Virus record (IMG/VR): IMGVR_UViG_3300043177_000122
Coordinates: 294,994-358,993 of that record
Source of the DNA: a virus
Lineage: Duplodnaviria; Caudoviricetes
DNA: 64,000 nucleotides
Direction: 5' to 3' (one strand)
In this document: positions 28,241 through 37,924 of the stretch, in pieces
Layout of the letters: every line of letters starts with the position of its first letter
Position numbering within the stretch: the first letter of the stretch is position 1
The notes under the pieces: model-generated
The model's database searches: none
Seen by the model: the letters and a program-made list of their open reading frames with translations, nothing else
Told to the model about the DNA's origin: nothing
Translations under genes and position numbers: made by a program

Positions 28241-29550
28241 GAAAAACCTACGTACTTGATACTAGTACCTTAATTTATGATCCTGTTGCATATAGATCTT
28301 TTACCCGTAGCGATGTAATCATTCCGATCGCTGTACTCAATGAGCTTGATAAGCTAAAGAAAGGCGCTAACGAAGCTAGCAAAAATGCGCGAGTAGCTAT
28401 TAGACTATTGGATGAAATTGCCGATAAAGGCGACATCAGCATGGGTATTCTATTAGATGATGATATTATGCTCACTATTGATGCTACTTATCGAGATATA
28501 TCTAATCCTGTCTATTTGGGGTTTGGCGATCCAACTTATGGGGACACTCATATCTTAGCTTGCCTTTACTCTACATGGTTAAGTCATCCATCTCATGACG
28601 TGATTTTGGTAAGTAATGATATCAACTTGCGAGTTAAATCCAAATCTCGCGGTATCGATGCAGAGTCTCATGAGGGAACAAAATACTCTCTAAGTGATCT
28701 GTATGCTGGATTTCAAACTATTGTAAATGAAGATGCCGGCCTAGCTTTACAACAAGATGGTAAAATTGATCCGCGAGCATTTAATATACAACTCAACCCA
28801 AATGAGTGCGTATTATTTCTAGCAGATAATGGCGATGGCATTGCTATGGGCCGTAAAGTTGCAAGAGACTGTGTCAAACTGGTTCGTAAAATTTTCCCAT
28901 GGAATATTTCTAGTCGCAATAAAGAACAGCAGTTTGCCATGGATTTAATCATGGATAGAAATATTGATCTAGTTACTTTAATTGGTAGGGCTGGTACTGG
29001 TAAAAGTTTAGTTGTTTTAGCTACTGCTCTAGAATTAGTTTTAGGTAGAAAAGAATATGACAAATTCATTATTTATCGCCCAATTCAACCAGTAGGTAAT
29101 GATATTGGTTATTTACCCGGTACTATGGAAGAGAAATTGGCTCCATGGTTTGGCGCTATAATGGATAATTTTGAATTTTTATTTACACCAAAGAATGGTG
29201 GTGGGGACTGGAAACGTGAATTAGAAATGTACCAGAAAAAGGGTAAAATTGAAATGGAAGCTATTACCTATATTCGTGGTAGAAGCATTCCAAATGCTAT
29301 TATTCTAGTTGATGAATGTCAAAATTTGAGTAAAGATGATGTAAAAACAATACTTACTCGCGCTGGTGAAAACACTAAAATTATTTTGACTGGTGATATA
29401 GAGCAGATTGACAATTCGCTACTAGATGCTACCAGTAACGGATTGACTCATGTTATCGAAAAGTTCAAAGACTCTGAGTTGGCTGGACATATTACCTTCA
29501 CTCAGGGGGAGCGTAGCAAGTTGGCCTCTAAAGCCGCTGAAATTTTGTAA
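28237..29550 (+). CDS. phoH: PIN-domain PhoH-family ATPase
   Basis: YVLDTS, D.HIL, SNDINLR (PIN); GRAGTGKS, IGYLPG, YIRGRS, VDECQN, LTGDIEQID. Confidence 0.93.
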   Translation: MRKTYVLDTSTLIYDPVAYRSFTRSDVIIPIAVLNELDKLKKGANEASKNARVAIRLLDEIADKGDISMGILLDDDIMLTIDATYRDISNPVYLGFGDPTYGDTHILACLYSTWLSHPSHDVILVSNDINLRVKSKSRGIDAESHEGTKYSLSDLYAGFQTIVNEDAGLALQQDGKIDPRAFNIQLNPNECVLFLADNGDGIAMGRKVARDCVKLVRKIFPWNISSRNKEQQFAMDLIMDRNIDLVTLIGRAGTGKSLVVLATALELVLGRKEYDKFIIYRPIQPVGNDIGYLPGTMEEKLAPWFGAIMDNFEFLFTPKNGGGDWKRELEMYQKKGKIEMEAITYIRGRSIPNAIILVDECQNLSKDDVKTILTRAGENTKIILTGDIEQIDNSLLDATSNGLTHVIEKFKDSELAGHITFTQGERSKLASKAAEIL

Positions 29551-29559
29551 GGAGTTTTC

Positions 29560-29934
29560 ATGTCTAAGAAGAAGAATCAACCAGGTGCTGAAGTGGTATT
29601 AACTCCAGATGAGACCTCGGCTGAACCTACTGTGAATGCTAATGGTGTTCCACTCGGCTCTGTAGTACCTACACCACTTCCTGGCACACCTACTAGGTTA
29701 ACTGATATTGATCGTATGGCTCTTGAATTAGCACGTCAACAGAGACTAACTGCTTTAGCTGATGCTAAAACTGCTATTGCTCAAAACGAAAAAGCAGAAT
29801 TAGCTTATAAGTATGTTGTACTTCAGCTTTACATGAAGTATGGGCTAACTGATGCAGACGCAATTAGTGAGACCGGTGACATTGTAAAGAACGGGGCTTT
29901 AATGGCCGCCAACCAACCAGTAAAGAATCAGTAA
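29560..29934 (+). CDS. Hypothetical protein (124 aa)
   Basis: SD AAGGAG; no motif. Confidence 0.7.
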   Translation: MSKKKNQPGAEVVLTPDETSAEPTVNANGVPLGSVVPTPLPGTPTRLTDIDRMALELARQQRLTALADAKTAIAQNEKAELAYKYVVLQLYMKYGLTDADAISETGDIVKNGALMAANQPVKNQ

Positions 29935-30221
29935 TGGAACTCGAAGAACTTATTGCCCTGATCAAGATTAGAGAGTACGTTATCAATTCTATTGCCCTTC
30001 CTACCATTGATAGGAAAACGGTAAATGAATTGAATGGTATTCTTTTATTATTAGACAAAAAGATTATCGGACTCTTGACAGGCGAAGACTTCAAGGATTA
30101 CATTGGCTATAAAGATGTGCAGCGAGCTAAAGAAGCTGCGGCACGTATTACTAACATCTATTCGGGCATTGATAATAAAAACACTGCCCTTCATAAACTG
30201 ATTAAAAAAAACCAAGAGTAA
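29934..30221 (+). CDS. Hypothetical protein (95 aa)
   Basis: TAATG coupling. Confidence 0.65.
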   Translation: MELEELIALIKIREYVINSIALPTIDRKTVNELNGILLLLDKKIIGLLTGEDFKDYIGYKDVQRAKEAAARITNIYSGIDNKNTALHKLIKKNQE

Positions 30222-30233
30222 TAGGTACACAAT

Positions 30234-31037
30234 ATGAGAATGAACGCTCCTAAAGAGCTGTTCAGTGATAACAGTCTGGTTCGTCTTAAAGACAAGAACT
30301 GGTTGGAGAAACAAAGGGTCGCCGGTAGAATTGCTGCCGAGACCCTTTTGCTTTTGGATGGTTTTGTGAAGAACAAAAATTTCCATTCCATGACTGTTCT
30401 CAATGAAGTAGCTGAGAATTATATTGTCAAGAATGGTGGCATCCCCACTTTTAAAGGATACAAAGGCTTTCCCGCAGGTGTTTGTATATCTGTCAATAAA
30501 GAATTAGTCCATGGTATTCCTAAGAATATTGTACTAGATGACGGCGATATTGTTAGTTTCGATTTGGGTGTAACCTATCAAGGAGCTATTGCTGATACTG
30601 CAATCACTTGTATTTTTGGTGAGCCTAAACTTGAAAGACATGCTGCTCTTGTTAGAGCAACTGAAGCATGTTTAATGAAAGGTATTGAGGCCATTCAAGT
30701 AGGTAAACGATTAGGGGTTATTGGTCAAGCTATTTCTCAACATGCCAAAGTTTCTGGATTTGGCTTGATTAATAATTATGGTGGTCATGGATTAGATTGG
30801 AATACTCCACACGCTCCGCCCTTCGTAGAAAACAAATCAGATTCTGGGCGCGGAATCCGAATTCAACCAGGATTAGCCATTGCTATAGAGCCGATGCTTG
30901 TGCTCGGCTCAACTACCACCACTACATTGAATGATGGTTGGACTGTAGTGACTCCCGATCTAGGAGCACATTTTGAGCATTCAGTATTTGTACATGAGGA
31001 TCATGTGGAGATCATTACTGATAGGAGTAAGCTGTAA
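30234..31037 (+). CDS. map: Methionine aminopeptidase type I
   Basis: CISVN, HGIP, DLG, DTAIT, YGGHG, AIEPML, AHFEHSV. Confidence 0.93.
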   Translation: MRMNAPKELFSDNSLVRLKDKNWLEKQRVAGRIAAETLLLLDGFVKNKNFHSMTVLNEVAENYIVKNGGIPTFKGYKGFPAGVCISVNKELVHGIPKNIVLDDGDIVSFDLGVTYQGAIADTAITCIFGEPKLERHAALVRATEACLMKGIEAIQVGKRLGVIGQAISQHAKVSGFGLINNYGGHGLDWNTPHAPPFVENKSDSGRGIRIQPGLAIAIEPMLVLGSTTTTTLNDGWTVVTPDLGAHFEHSVFVHEDHVEIITDRSKL

Positions 31038-31069
31038 ATGTATACTATGGTGTGCCTAAAGGATATGCA

Positions 31070-31240
31070 ATGAAAATTACCTTTGATGATAAAAGTTTTA
31101 TCGAATGCAAAAAATCTGACAATCCTGGTAAAGTAATTATTTCCATCTCGGCCAAAGATCATACCGATCCTCTCAAAAAAATTACAAATGCTGTCGAAAT
31201 AACTATTGAAGAATTCAAGAAACTGATTTCTGAAATATGA
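31070..31240 (+). CDS. Small hypothetical protein
   Basis: ATG 31070 preceded by AAGGA. Confidence 0.55.
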   Translation: MKITFDDKSFIECKKSDNPGKVIISISAKDHTDPLKKITNAVEITIEEFKKLISEI

Positions 31241-31247
31241 GGTGTTT

Positions 31248-31799
31248 ATGAGAGTCTATTTTGTAGGAAGCCATTCAACTGGGAAAACAACTTGTGCCCG
31301 ATACGTATCTGAGAAATACAATTTACCAATGATTACTGAAGTGGCCAGAGCCGTCTTATCTGAGAAAGAGCTTCATCTAGATAGTTTGCGCTATAATATG
31401 GATCTGGTAGATGAGTACCAGGAAGCTATCTTTTTCCGACAATTATCTGAGGAGCAAAAACATCATGATTTCGTCTCGGATAGAAGTTTTGATTGTTTAG
31501 CTTATACCGCCCAACATACCCGTATTCTACCTAAATTGTTACTTAGCGAACAAACTGGCCCCTATATTCAAAGGTTAAAGACACCAGATTCATTTATATT
31601 CTTTGTTCGACCTTGCCGTGCTACCCTAAAGGCTGACGGGGTACGAGAAAGTTTAACATGGGATGAGGTGGTCGCAATCGATGCTATGGTTAAAATGTAT
31701 TTAGAGATGTGGCAAATTAGGTATTTTCAAATTAATATGGATAATATGCAGGAAAGAGTCCGTCTAATTGACGCGGTATTGAGCACTCATAAAGGTTAA
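31248..31799 (+). CDS. P-loop kinase (AAA_28/NadR-like or dNMP kinase-like)
   Basis: FVGSHSTGKTT, EVAR, FVSDRS..D.LAY. Confidence 0.8.
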   Translation: MRVYFVGSHSTGKTTCARYVSEKYNLPMITEVARAVLSEKELHLDSLRYNMDLVDEYQEAIFFRQLSEEQKHHDFVSDRSFDCLAYTAQHTRILPKLLLSEQTGPYIQRLKTPDSFIFFVRPCRATLKADGVRESLTWDEVVAIDAMVKMYLEMWQIRYFQINMDNMQERVRLIDAVLSTHKG

Positions 31800-31802
31800 G
31801 AT

Positions 31803-31820
31803 ATACTAAAATTTTGGTAT
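31803..31820 (+). promoter_or_regulatory. 18 bp near-palindrome upstream of a fibre gene
   Basis: ATACTAAAATTTTGGTAT; 15/18 identical to 57593-57610. Confidence 0.45.
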
Positions 31821-31849
31821 TCTCTTGAGTAATTGTTTCAAGGGTATAC

Positions 31850-33526
31850 ATGAGTGGAATACTAACGCCAGGATATTTGAGATGGGATGGAACTAAGTAC
31901 GTCCTAGACCAGGATGTGGAAATTGTGGGCCCAGCAGGCTCCCAAGGACCATCAGGCCCTACAGGTCCAGCCGGACCTCCGGGCCCTAATGGTACGGCTA
32001 GTGGCGATTTATTAGGCACTTATCCAGGCCCTATTTCTGTTGTTGGTTTGACTGGTATTTCTGGAGTTGTAAGTTTTGGATCTGGTATTACCAGCCCAAC
32101 TATTACTCAGGTAACAACAGGTGGCACTACAGGAGAAAACTTAACTTATAGAGCCCAGAATGCGACTACATTCGGTGGTAACGTTGTATTACAAAGTGGC
32201 ACTGGTACTACTGCTGGTTTAGTTCAATTTTTAGTTGGTGCATCCTTAGCGGGCTATTTTGATGCCAATAGAATACTTAGACTTGGCCCAAGTGCAACCT
32301 CCACTTTTACTGGACCTAATGGTGTAGGTCCAGTTGCTGGTACTGATTATTTTTTTGGTGGTAATGCTGCTGGTAGCATATGGCAAGAGTTTTTCTCTGG
32401 AGCTAATGCTCATAGGGCGGCGGTTGGTGTTTATAACACTGGTGTTGGCGCTGCTAGCACTAATGGTATTAGTATTCAAGCACCAGGCACTACTTTTTCT
32501 GTAGCAAACTATGCCGGTCAAGCAGTAATTGAACAGTCTGGACCAACTACAGCCGCACTTGTTTTTGGTAAAGTCCAAGGTGATGGTACTAACCGTGCAG
32601 TTAGTGGTCGTATTTTTCAATCCGGTGTATGGACTATTGGTGATTTGGGAACTAGCTCTTCTTCTTTCTCCCAAGCTGGTTTAACTGGGCCATTTCTAAG
32701 TTTTGCACATGTTTCTGGAGCCTTAACAACTACCGGAGGACAAGCTACAATTTTTAAGACATTTGCTGGCGGTCCAGACGAAGGAACTTTATGGTTACAG
32801 GGTAATACCGGTATAAACTTACTTGCAGCCACTACAAATGTAGCCAGCGTAAGTACTACTAAATTTATTACTAACATAGGTAGAAGGGTAAAAGTACTTA
32901 CTACTACTGCAACTACAGTTAACGTAACTGCTAGTGATGAAATTATTAGTATTGGAACATTAGCTGCTCCATGTACTGTTAACTTGCCAGCCACTCCAAC
33001 AGTTGGTGATACTTATACCATCAAAGATGCAAATGGTAGTGCTGGAACTTTCAATATTACAGTTTCAGGAAACGGCGTTAATATTGATGGTGGCTTTGCT
33101 AGCATTACAATAATGACTAATTTTACACAAGCAACATTTGTGTATAATGGTACAACATGGATTTCTTCACTAACTAACAATGTGTCTCCAAATGCAGGTT
33201 ATACTTCAGTAGTAAATGTGCCGGGCGGAGGAAGCACCACTGTAACTGGATTTGATCAATTGGTACTGTGTGATACTTTGGGAGGTACAACTACTGTTAC
33301 CGCCCCCGCCACACCACAAGTTAATATGAGATTTACTGTTAAGGATGCAAATAATAATGCTGCAACTAATAATATAACAGTACAGGGTAATGGTAGAACC
33401 TTAGAAAGCCCAACTTCTCCGGGCACTTATGCCTCGCCGACTATTTTAAATACCAATAATAGATCGGCAACATGGGCTTACGATCCTACCAGAAATAGAT
33501 ATACTTTAATATCAACAGTTCCATAA
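31850..33526 (+). CDS. Tail-fibre-like protein with short collagen repeat and two C-terminal beta domains
   Basis: GPAGSQGPSGPTGPAGPPGPNG, GDLLG, repeated V.LP..P..G....KD..G.A....ITV.GNG domain (also in 60604..61032). Confidence 0.75.
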   Translation: MSGILTPGYLRWDGTKYVLDQDVEIVGPAGSQGPSGPTGPAGPPGPNGTASGDLLGTYPGPISVVGLTGISGVVSFGSGITSPTITQVTTGGTTGENLTYRAQNATTFGGNVVLQSGTGTTAGLVQFLVGASLAGYFDANRILRLGPSATSTFTGPNGVGPVAGTDYFFGGNAAGSIWQEFFSGANAHRAAVGVYNTGVGAASTNGISIQAPGTTFSVANYAGQAVIEQSGPTTAALVFGKVQGDGTNRAVSGRIFQSGVWTIGDLGTSSSSFSQAGLTGPFLSFAHVSGALTTTGGQATIFKTFAGGPDEGTLWLQGNTGINLLAATTNVASVSTTKFITNIGRRVKVLTTTATTVNVTASDEIISIGTLAAPCTVNLPATPTVGDTYTIKDANGSAGTFNITVSGNGVNIDGGFASITIMTNFTQATFVYNGTTWISSLTNNVSPNAGYTSVVNVPGGGSTTVTGFDQLVLCDTLGGTTTVTAPATPQVNMRFTVKDANNNAATNNITVQGNGRTLESPTSPGTYASPTILNTNNRSATWAYDPTRNRYTLISTVP

Positions 33527-33536
33527 CAGGAGTACC

Positions 33537-33944
33537 ATGAGTTCCGTAGATAAAATTTTCAAACTAGCAGATCGTTTTGCTCGTAAAATTTCTTTGGCTG
33601 AAAAACTAGCCATGCCCGCTCAGCCCGGAGATATTGCAGACGCTTTAGTTGCAGCAGGTTTGTTGGGAAAACCTGATGATTTATTTCCAATAGCTGATCA
33701 ATTAGATCTAGATGCTAGTGTTAATGTTGCAACTAGCATTAATATAGACCAAAATATGAATGTTACATTCAGTGTGGTTACTAGCCCAGCTCTACCCGCT
33801 AAAGCTACCCAATTTGCTGCTATCTTGAAACAAAAATATGGTGAACCTTTCAAAAAAGCTTGCCAAACATGGTGGGAAAAAAACAAAATAATTCCTGCTA
33901 AAGCAACCACCACTTGGCATAGTTTTGGTCCCAAAAAAGGATAA
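33537..33944 (+). CDS. Hypothetical protein (135 aa)
   Basis: SD AGGAG. Confidence 0.7.
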   Translation: MSSVDKIFKLADRFARKISLAEKLAMPAQPGDIADALVAAGLLGKPDDLFPIADQLDLDASVNVATSINIDQNMNVTFSVVTSPALPAKATQFAAILKQKYGEPFKKACQTWWEKNKIIPAKATTTWHSFGPKKG

Positions 33945-33966
33945 GCTTTTGATATAACTACTAGGC

Positions 33967-35175
33967 ATGAAAGATTTTGATGTCGGTATTATTGGTGCTG
34001 GTGTAGCTGGAGCTTTTGCAACGTTAAAACTTGCGAAGGACCATAAGAACGTTAAAGCTATTCTATTTGATTTGGGTCGCCCTCCTATGAAGCGTAGGAG
34101 GCAACTGGAAGGTTGGCTCGGCTGTTTTCCAAATAGTGATGGTAAATTATATCAAACTGATGTAGGGAAGGTCGCGCAGTTAACTGGCCTTCGTAGGGCC
34201 AAATCTGCTCATACTTGGTTTAGACATATTTTAGAAGAAATTGATGATTTTAAGGTGACTAAAGATCGTCCATTATCTGTGGCTATGGATAAGAAAATAA
34301 AGAAATTGGGGTATGAAGTTACTCTCAATGATTATGTTCAAGTATATCCAAAAGAGATTCATGCCCTGTCTAAATATATGGCAGAAGTAATTGAAAAGGA
34401 CAAAAACATTACTTTCAATTTTGATAGTGAAGTTATTAGGATTGTCAAACAAAAGAATGTTTTTGTTATTTCTACTGAAGATCAAGAATATCGTTGTAAG
34501 AAAATTATTGTGGCAGTAGGTCGTAGCGGTTGGCGCTGGGCTAGAGAACTTTACAAGAGCTTTGGTATTATAGATAGTAATGACATTGCTCGTTTTGGTA
34601 TTCGTGTGGAAGCTAGCTCTAGTGTTATGAAAGACTTTAATAAATCTAACTGTACACTGACCAAGCCAGAATTAGAAGTGGGACCATTGTCATGGTTTGG
34701 AACTGTTATTCCAGAAGATCATTTAGATTTGGCAATTTCAGCATTTCGCTCTAATGAAAATAGATGGAAAACAGATAAGGTTTCTTTTAATCTTATTGGC
34801 AATAGACCATTCCCTGGTTCTGGGTTTGAAGAAACTGACAGAATGGGTAAGTTAGCATTTGTATTAGCAAATGATAGAATTGTTAAGGAAAGAATCTCGG
34901 CTATTTTAAATGAGAAAAGTAGAATATCTGTCATTCAAGAATATAATTGGCTTAAGCTAGCTATTGAAGAACTGTCAATTATTATACCAGAAATTACTAC
35001 TAAAGCGTACTTTCATGTTCCCACTATCATCCCTTCTGCTCCATCAATAAACATTGGAGATAATTTGGAAACTGAAGTGGATAGAATGTTTGTAGCTGGC
35101 GAAAGTGCGGGTATTCATGGTATATTAGCTGCTGGGATTATGGGCATTATTGCGGCGGACGCAGTATGTAAATGA
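33967..35175 (+). CDS. FAD-dependent oxidoreductase
   Basis: VGIIGAGVAG, VAVGRSG, FVAGESAG. Confidence 0.82.
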   Translation: MKDFDVGIIGAGVAGAFATLKLAKDHKNVKAILFDLGRPPMKRRRQLEGWLGCFPNSDGKLYQTDVGKVAQLTGLRRAKSAHTWFRHILEEIDDFKVTKDRPLSVAMDKKIKKLGYEVTLNDYVQVYPKEIHALSKYMAEVIEKDKNITFNFDSEVIRIVKQKNVFVISTEDQEYRCKKIIVAVGRSGWRWARELYKSFGIIDSNDIARFGIRVEASSSVMKDFNKSNCTLTKPELEVGPLSWFGTVIPEDHLDLAISAFRSNENRWKTDKVSFNLIGNRPFPGSGFEETDRMGKLAFVLANDRIVKERISAILNEKSRISVIQEYNWLKLAIEELSIIIPEITTKAYFHVPTIIPSAPSINIGDNLETEVDRMFVAGESAGIHGILAAGIMGIIAADAVCK

Positions 35176-35210
35176 CCCTTAATTCTTGAAACTATAAATA
35201 AGAAAATCAA

Positions 35211-35588
35211 ATGGCTACTCCTACCAATAAGAATAAACCTAATACAGAACAGACCCCAAATTTACCCCCTGGTGGCTCGGAAGAGGCAAAGGACGGTAAT
35301 CTCAAATACAATTTAAGTAAATTTGAATATGATTTGTATCATGAGGAAGATGATGTTGCTGAAAAAGTAATTAGGGTCAAAAGAGTTTCCATGCCTAACA
35401 AAGGTGAAAAATGGAAAATTTTTGAAGACAATAAAGTTATGTTCGTTGTAGAGGGGACTAAACTAACCAATAAGGAAAAAGAGTTTCTTCGTACAATTGA
35501 CGGAGTGAATTTTCTAATTACTCAATATAAGCAAGGTATTAAGTCTTTCAATTCTCTAAAAAATGAGATCAAGAAAAAATTGAAATAA
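35211..35588 (+). CDS. Hypothetical protein (125 aa)
   Basis: ORF only. Confidence 0.65.
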   Translation: MATPTNKNKPNTEQTPNLPPGGSEEAKDGNLKYNLSKFEYDLYHEEDDVAEKVIRVKRVSMPNKGEKWKIFEDNKVMFVVEGTKLTNKEKEFLRTIDGVNFLITQYKQGIKSFNSLKNEIKKKLK

Positions 35589-35594
35589 TAAGGG

Positions 35595-35622
35595 TTGACA
35601 GTCCTCCACTGATTCTTACATT
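35595..35622 (+). promoter_or_regulatory. sigma70-like promoter
   Basis: TTGACA (35595-35600), 16 nt spacer, TACATT (35617-35622); SD GAGGAG follows. Confidence 0.6.
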
Positions 35623-35654
35623 GACTTGAGCGATCAGCGCTAGAGGAGTATTGT

Positions 35655-36272
35655 ATGAATTATGTATTTTATGTTGCCGATATTGAGACTACTGGATTAG
35701 ACTCTCACGAACATGATATAATCGAATTATCGTTGCGCCGCATTGGTGACGATAGCGATAATGGCCAAAAGACTTGGTGTTTCAAACCATTAACACCAGA
35801 AACCATTGATTCAACTTCGTTGAAAATAAATGGTCATAAGTTAGAGGATCTTTTACACAAGACCAAAGAGGGGCGCGAACGCTATCTAGATCCTGCTAGT
35901 ACTCTGGTTAACATTGAAAATTGGCTGGCTGAAGATGGAGTCCCAGCAGAAAAGCGTTTTTTGATTGGGCAAAATATTGCCTTCGATAAAGAGCGCCTGC
36001 AAGTATTTTGGTCTAAGTGCAATTCGGATGACTCATTTCCATTTGGTCGTCGATTAATCGACACAATGATTATAGAATTGTTTATGGACTACTGTAAAGG
36101 ACAATTTGCTGAAGGATATAGTCTCAATAGTTTGGTCAAAAAGTATGGAGTCAAAAATGAGAAGGCCCATACCGCGGCTGCTGACGTCAAAGCCACTGCG
36201 GAAGTTTTTGACAAGCAAGTTGAATTGATGCAAAAGCTAATCAAGTTAGGCAAAGAACACGGCATCCTGTGA
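35655..36272 (+). CDS. DEDDh 3'-5' exonuclease (DnaQ-like)
   Basis: ADIETTG, IGQNIAFD, AHTAAADV. Confidence 0.9.
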   Translation: MNYVFYVADIETTGLDSHEHDIIELSLRRIGDDSDNGQKTWCFKPLTPETIDSTSLKINGHKLEDLLHKTKEGRERYLDPASTLVNIENWLAEDGVPAEKRFLIGQNIAFDKERLQVFWSKCNSDDSFPFGRRLIDTMIIELFMDYCKGQFAEGYSLNSLVKKYGVKNEKAHTAAADVKATAEVFDKQVELMQKLIKLGKEHGIL

Positions 36273-37243
36273 AAATTCTGTATGCAGCAGCCCATAACCA
36301 AAATGCTAAATTGCAACTCTTGCGCTTTTTAAGCGCAATGGAAGGGTCTAAACATCAAATTAAGATTGCTGCATTCAAAAAATCATCTCCCAAAGACATT
36401 AATATTGACTGGACTCTTGATGCTCTTCTAAATATCTATAGGCCAGACTTGATATCATTACATAGTGATAATCTTAGTATTTATTTAGAGCAGGTAAAGA
36501 GCTTTGCGCCGGATCTAATAATTAGTGACCTAGAATACTTTACAAGTTGTGTAGCTAATGAGTTAAATATTCCATTGTGGCAGTGTAGTTCATCATTGAT
36601 TAATTTTGCTCTGATTAGGAATGAAAAATACAATCTTGGTTTGTTTAAATATCATGCACACGCTTTGAATAGAGATACGCTACATTCGCAAAGAATGGTA
36701 AATATTCTAGATAACTCCAATCGTAATTTTGTATACTCTCATTATGGGGATATGGCTGAGCCGCCCTCATTATTGGATGGTTTTCATTGGATTCGACCTT
36801 ATCACCGAATTGCCAAAGGGTACGTACCTTGTCAACATTTTATGACGGCTGCCCTTTCAGTTTCTGATAAAAAACTGATAGCCTTCATGAAAAAATATCC
36901 TGACAGTGTTGTTTTTATTAATGAGCCGCGCGAACGCTATCAGAACCCGCAAGTTAAGGATATAAGGATCGTGGACGAATACTACTGTAATCTAAAAAAT
37001 TCCGTTTTCTACGCTTGTCAAGGGCAAACAAGTTTTCTTGCAGACGCGTTTTACAATGGTAAATATGCTTTAATCTTCCCCGACTATGAAGACGCTGAGT
37101 CTCTTACTAACAGTCAGCTTGCTCAGAAGATAGGTATCGGCAGTATTATGACTTATTCAGATAGCTTGCCAGAACAGTCTTTGATTGAACCAGTTTATTC
37201 TGATTCAGTCAAATATCTACATGAACATATAGGTGAATTATGA
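36269..37243 (+). CDS. Divergent GT-B glycosyltransferase-like protein (MJ1255-like)
   Basis: MKILY, PDLIISDLE, ACQGQTSFLADAFYNGK. Confidence 0.55.
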   Translation: MKILYAAAHNQNAKLQLLRFLSAMEGSKHQIKIAAFKKSSPKDINIDWTLDALLNIYRPDLISLHSDNLSIYLEQVKSFAPDLIISDLEYFTSCVANELNIPLWQCSSSLINFALIRNEKYNLGLFKYHAHALNRDTLHSQRMVNILDNSNRNFVYSHYGDMAEPPSLLDGFHWIRPYHRIAKGYVPCQHFMTAALSVSDKKLIAFMKKYPDSVVFINEPRERYQNPQVKDIRIVDEYYCNLKNSVFYACQGQTSFLADAFYNGKYALIFPDYEDAESLTNSQLAQKIGIGSIMTYSDSLPEQSLIEPVYSDSVKYLHEHIGEL

Positions 37244-37902
37244 AGTATGCTGCTTTTGACATTGGTAATGTTCTTGTCAATGTTAATTTCCCCGGCTTCA
37301 TCAACAAGTTATCTAAAACTCTTAATCTTTCGGTTGAAGAGGCTACATACTTTATGAACCGAAGTCAAAAATTACATGACCTGGGATTAACGGTAATGAA
37401 AGATGAATTAATTGACCATCTTCATATCAAATCTTCAGTACTAAGAGATGAGTTAATTGAAGAGTGGAATAATTGTATAATACCGGCCGACTGGTTACTT
37501 GAAAGAATAGATCAGATATGTGAAGAGCATAATATCAAGATAGCCTTACTTTCAAATGTTGGTCTAGAACATGCTGTTAGAATGCGCAATATTCTAGGCC
37601 ATAATAAGTTCTTTAGAGAAGGTATACACCATTTTAGTTGTGAGGTTGGTGCCCGTAAACCTAATTTAGTCTATTATTATAGTTTTCTTCAATTACATCC
37701 CGAATTTCATGGCTGTCCTTATTTTGATGATTTACAAGAGAACCTTGAAATAGGTGCCAAGTTTGGCTTCAAACCTTTTAGATTTTCATTAGAAGATATT
37801 ACTGGTCCCAATTATAAAGAAGAGCTATTTAAGGCTGAAATGGAAAGTTTTGAAGCACATCTTATCCAAGACCCCACAAAGGATGATATATTCATCTTGT
37901 AG
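37240..37902 (+). CDS. HAD-superfamily hydrolase
   Basis: FDIGNVLV, LLSN, RKP, YFDD. Confidence 0.85.
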   Translation: MKYAAFDIGNVLVNVNFPGFINKLSKTLNLSVEEATYFMNRSQKLHDLGLTVMKDELIDHLHIKSSVLRDELIEEWNNCIIPADWLLERIDQICEEHNIKIALLSNVGLEHAVRMRNILGHNKFFREGIHHFSCEVGARKPNLVYYYSFLQLHPEFHGCPYFDDLQENLEIGAKFGFKPFRFSLEDITGPNYKEELFKAEMESFEAHLIQDPTKDDIFIL

Positions 37903-37924
37903 GGTCGATCTAAAAGGATACAAT

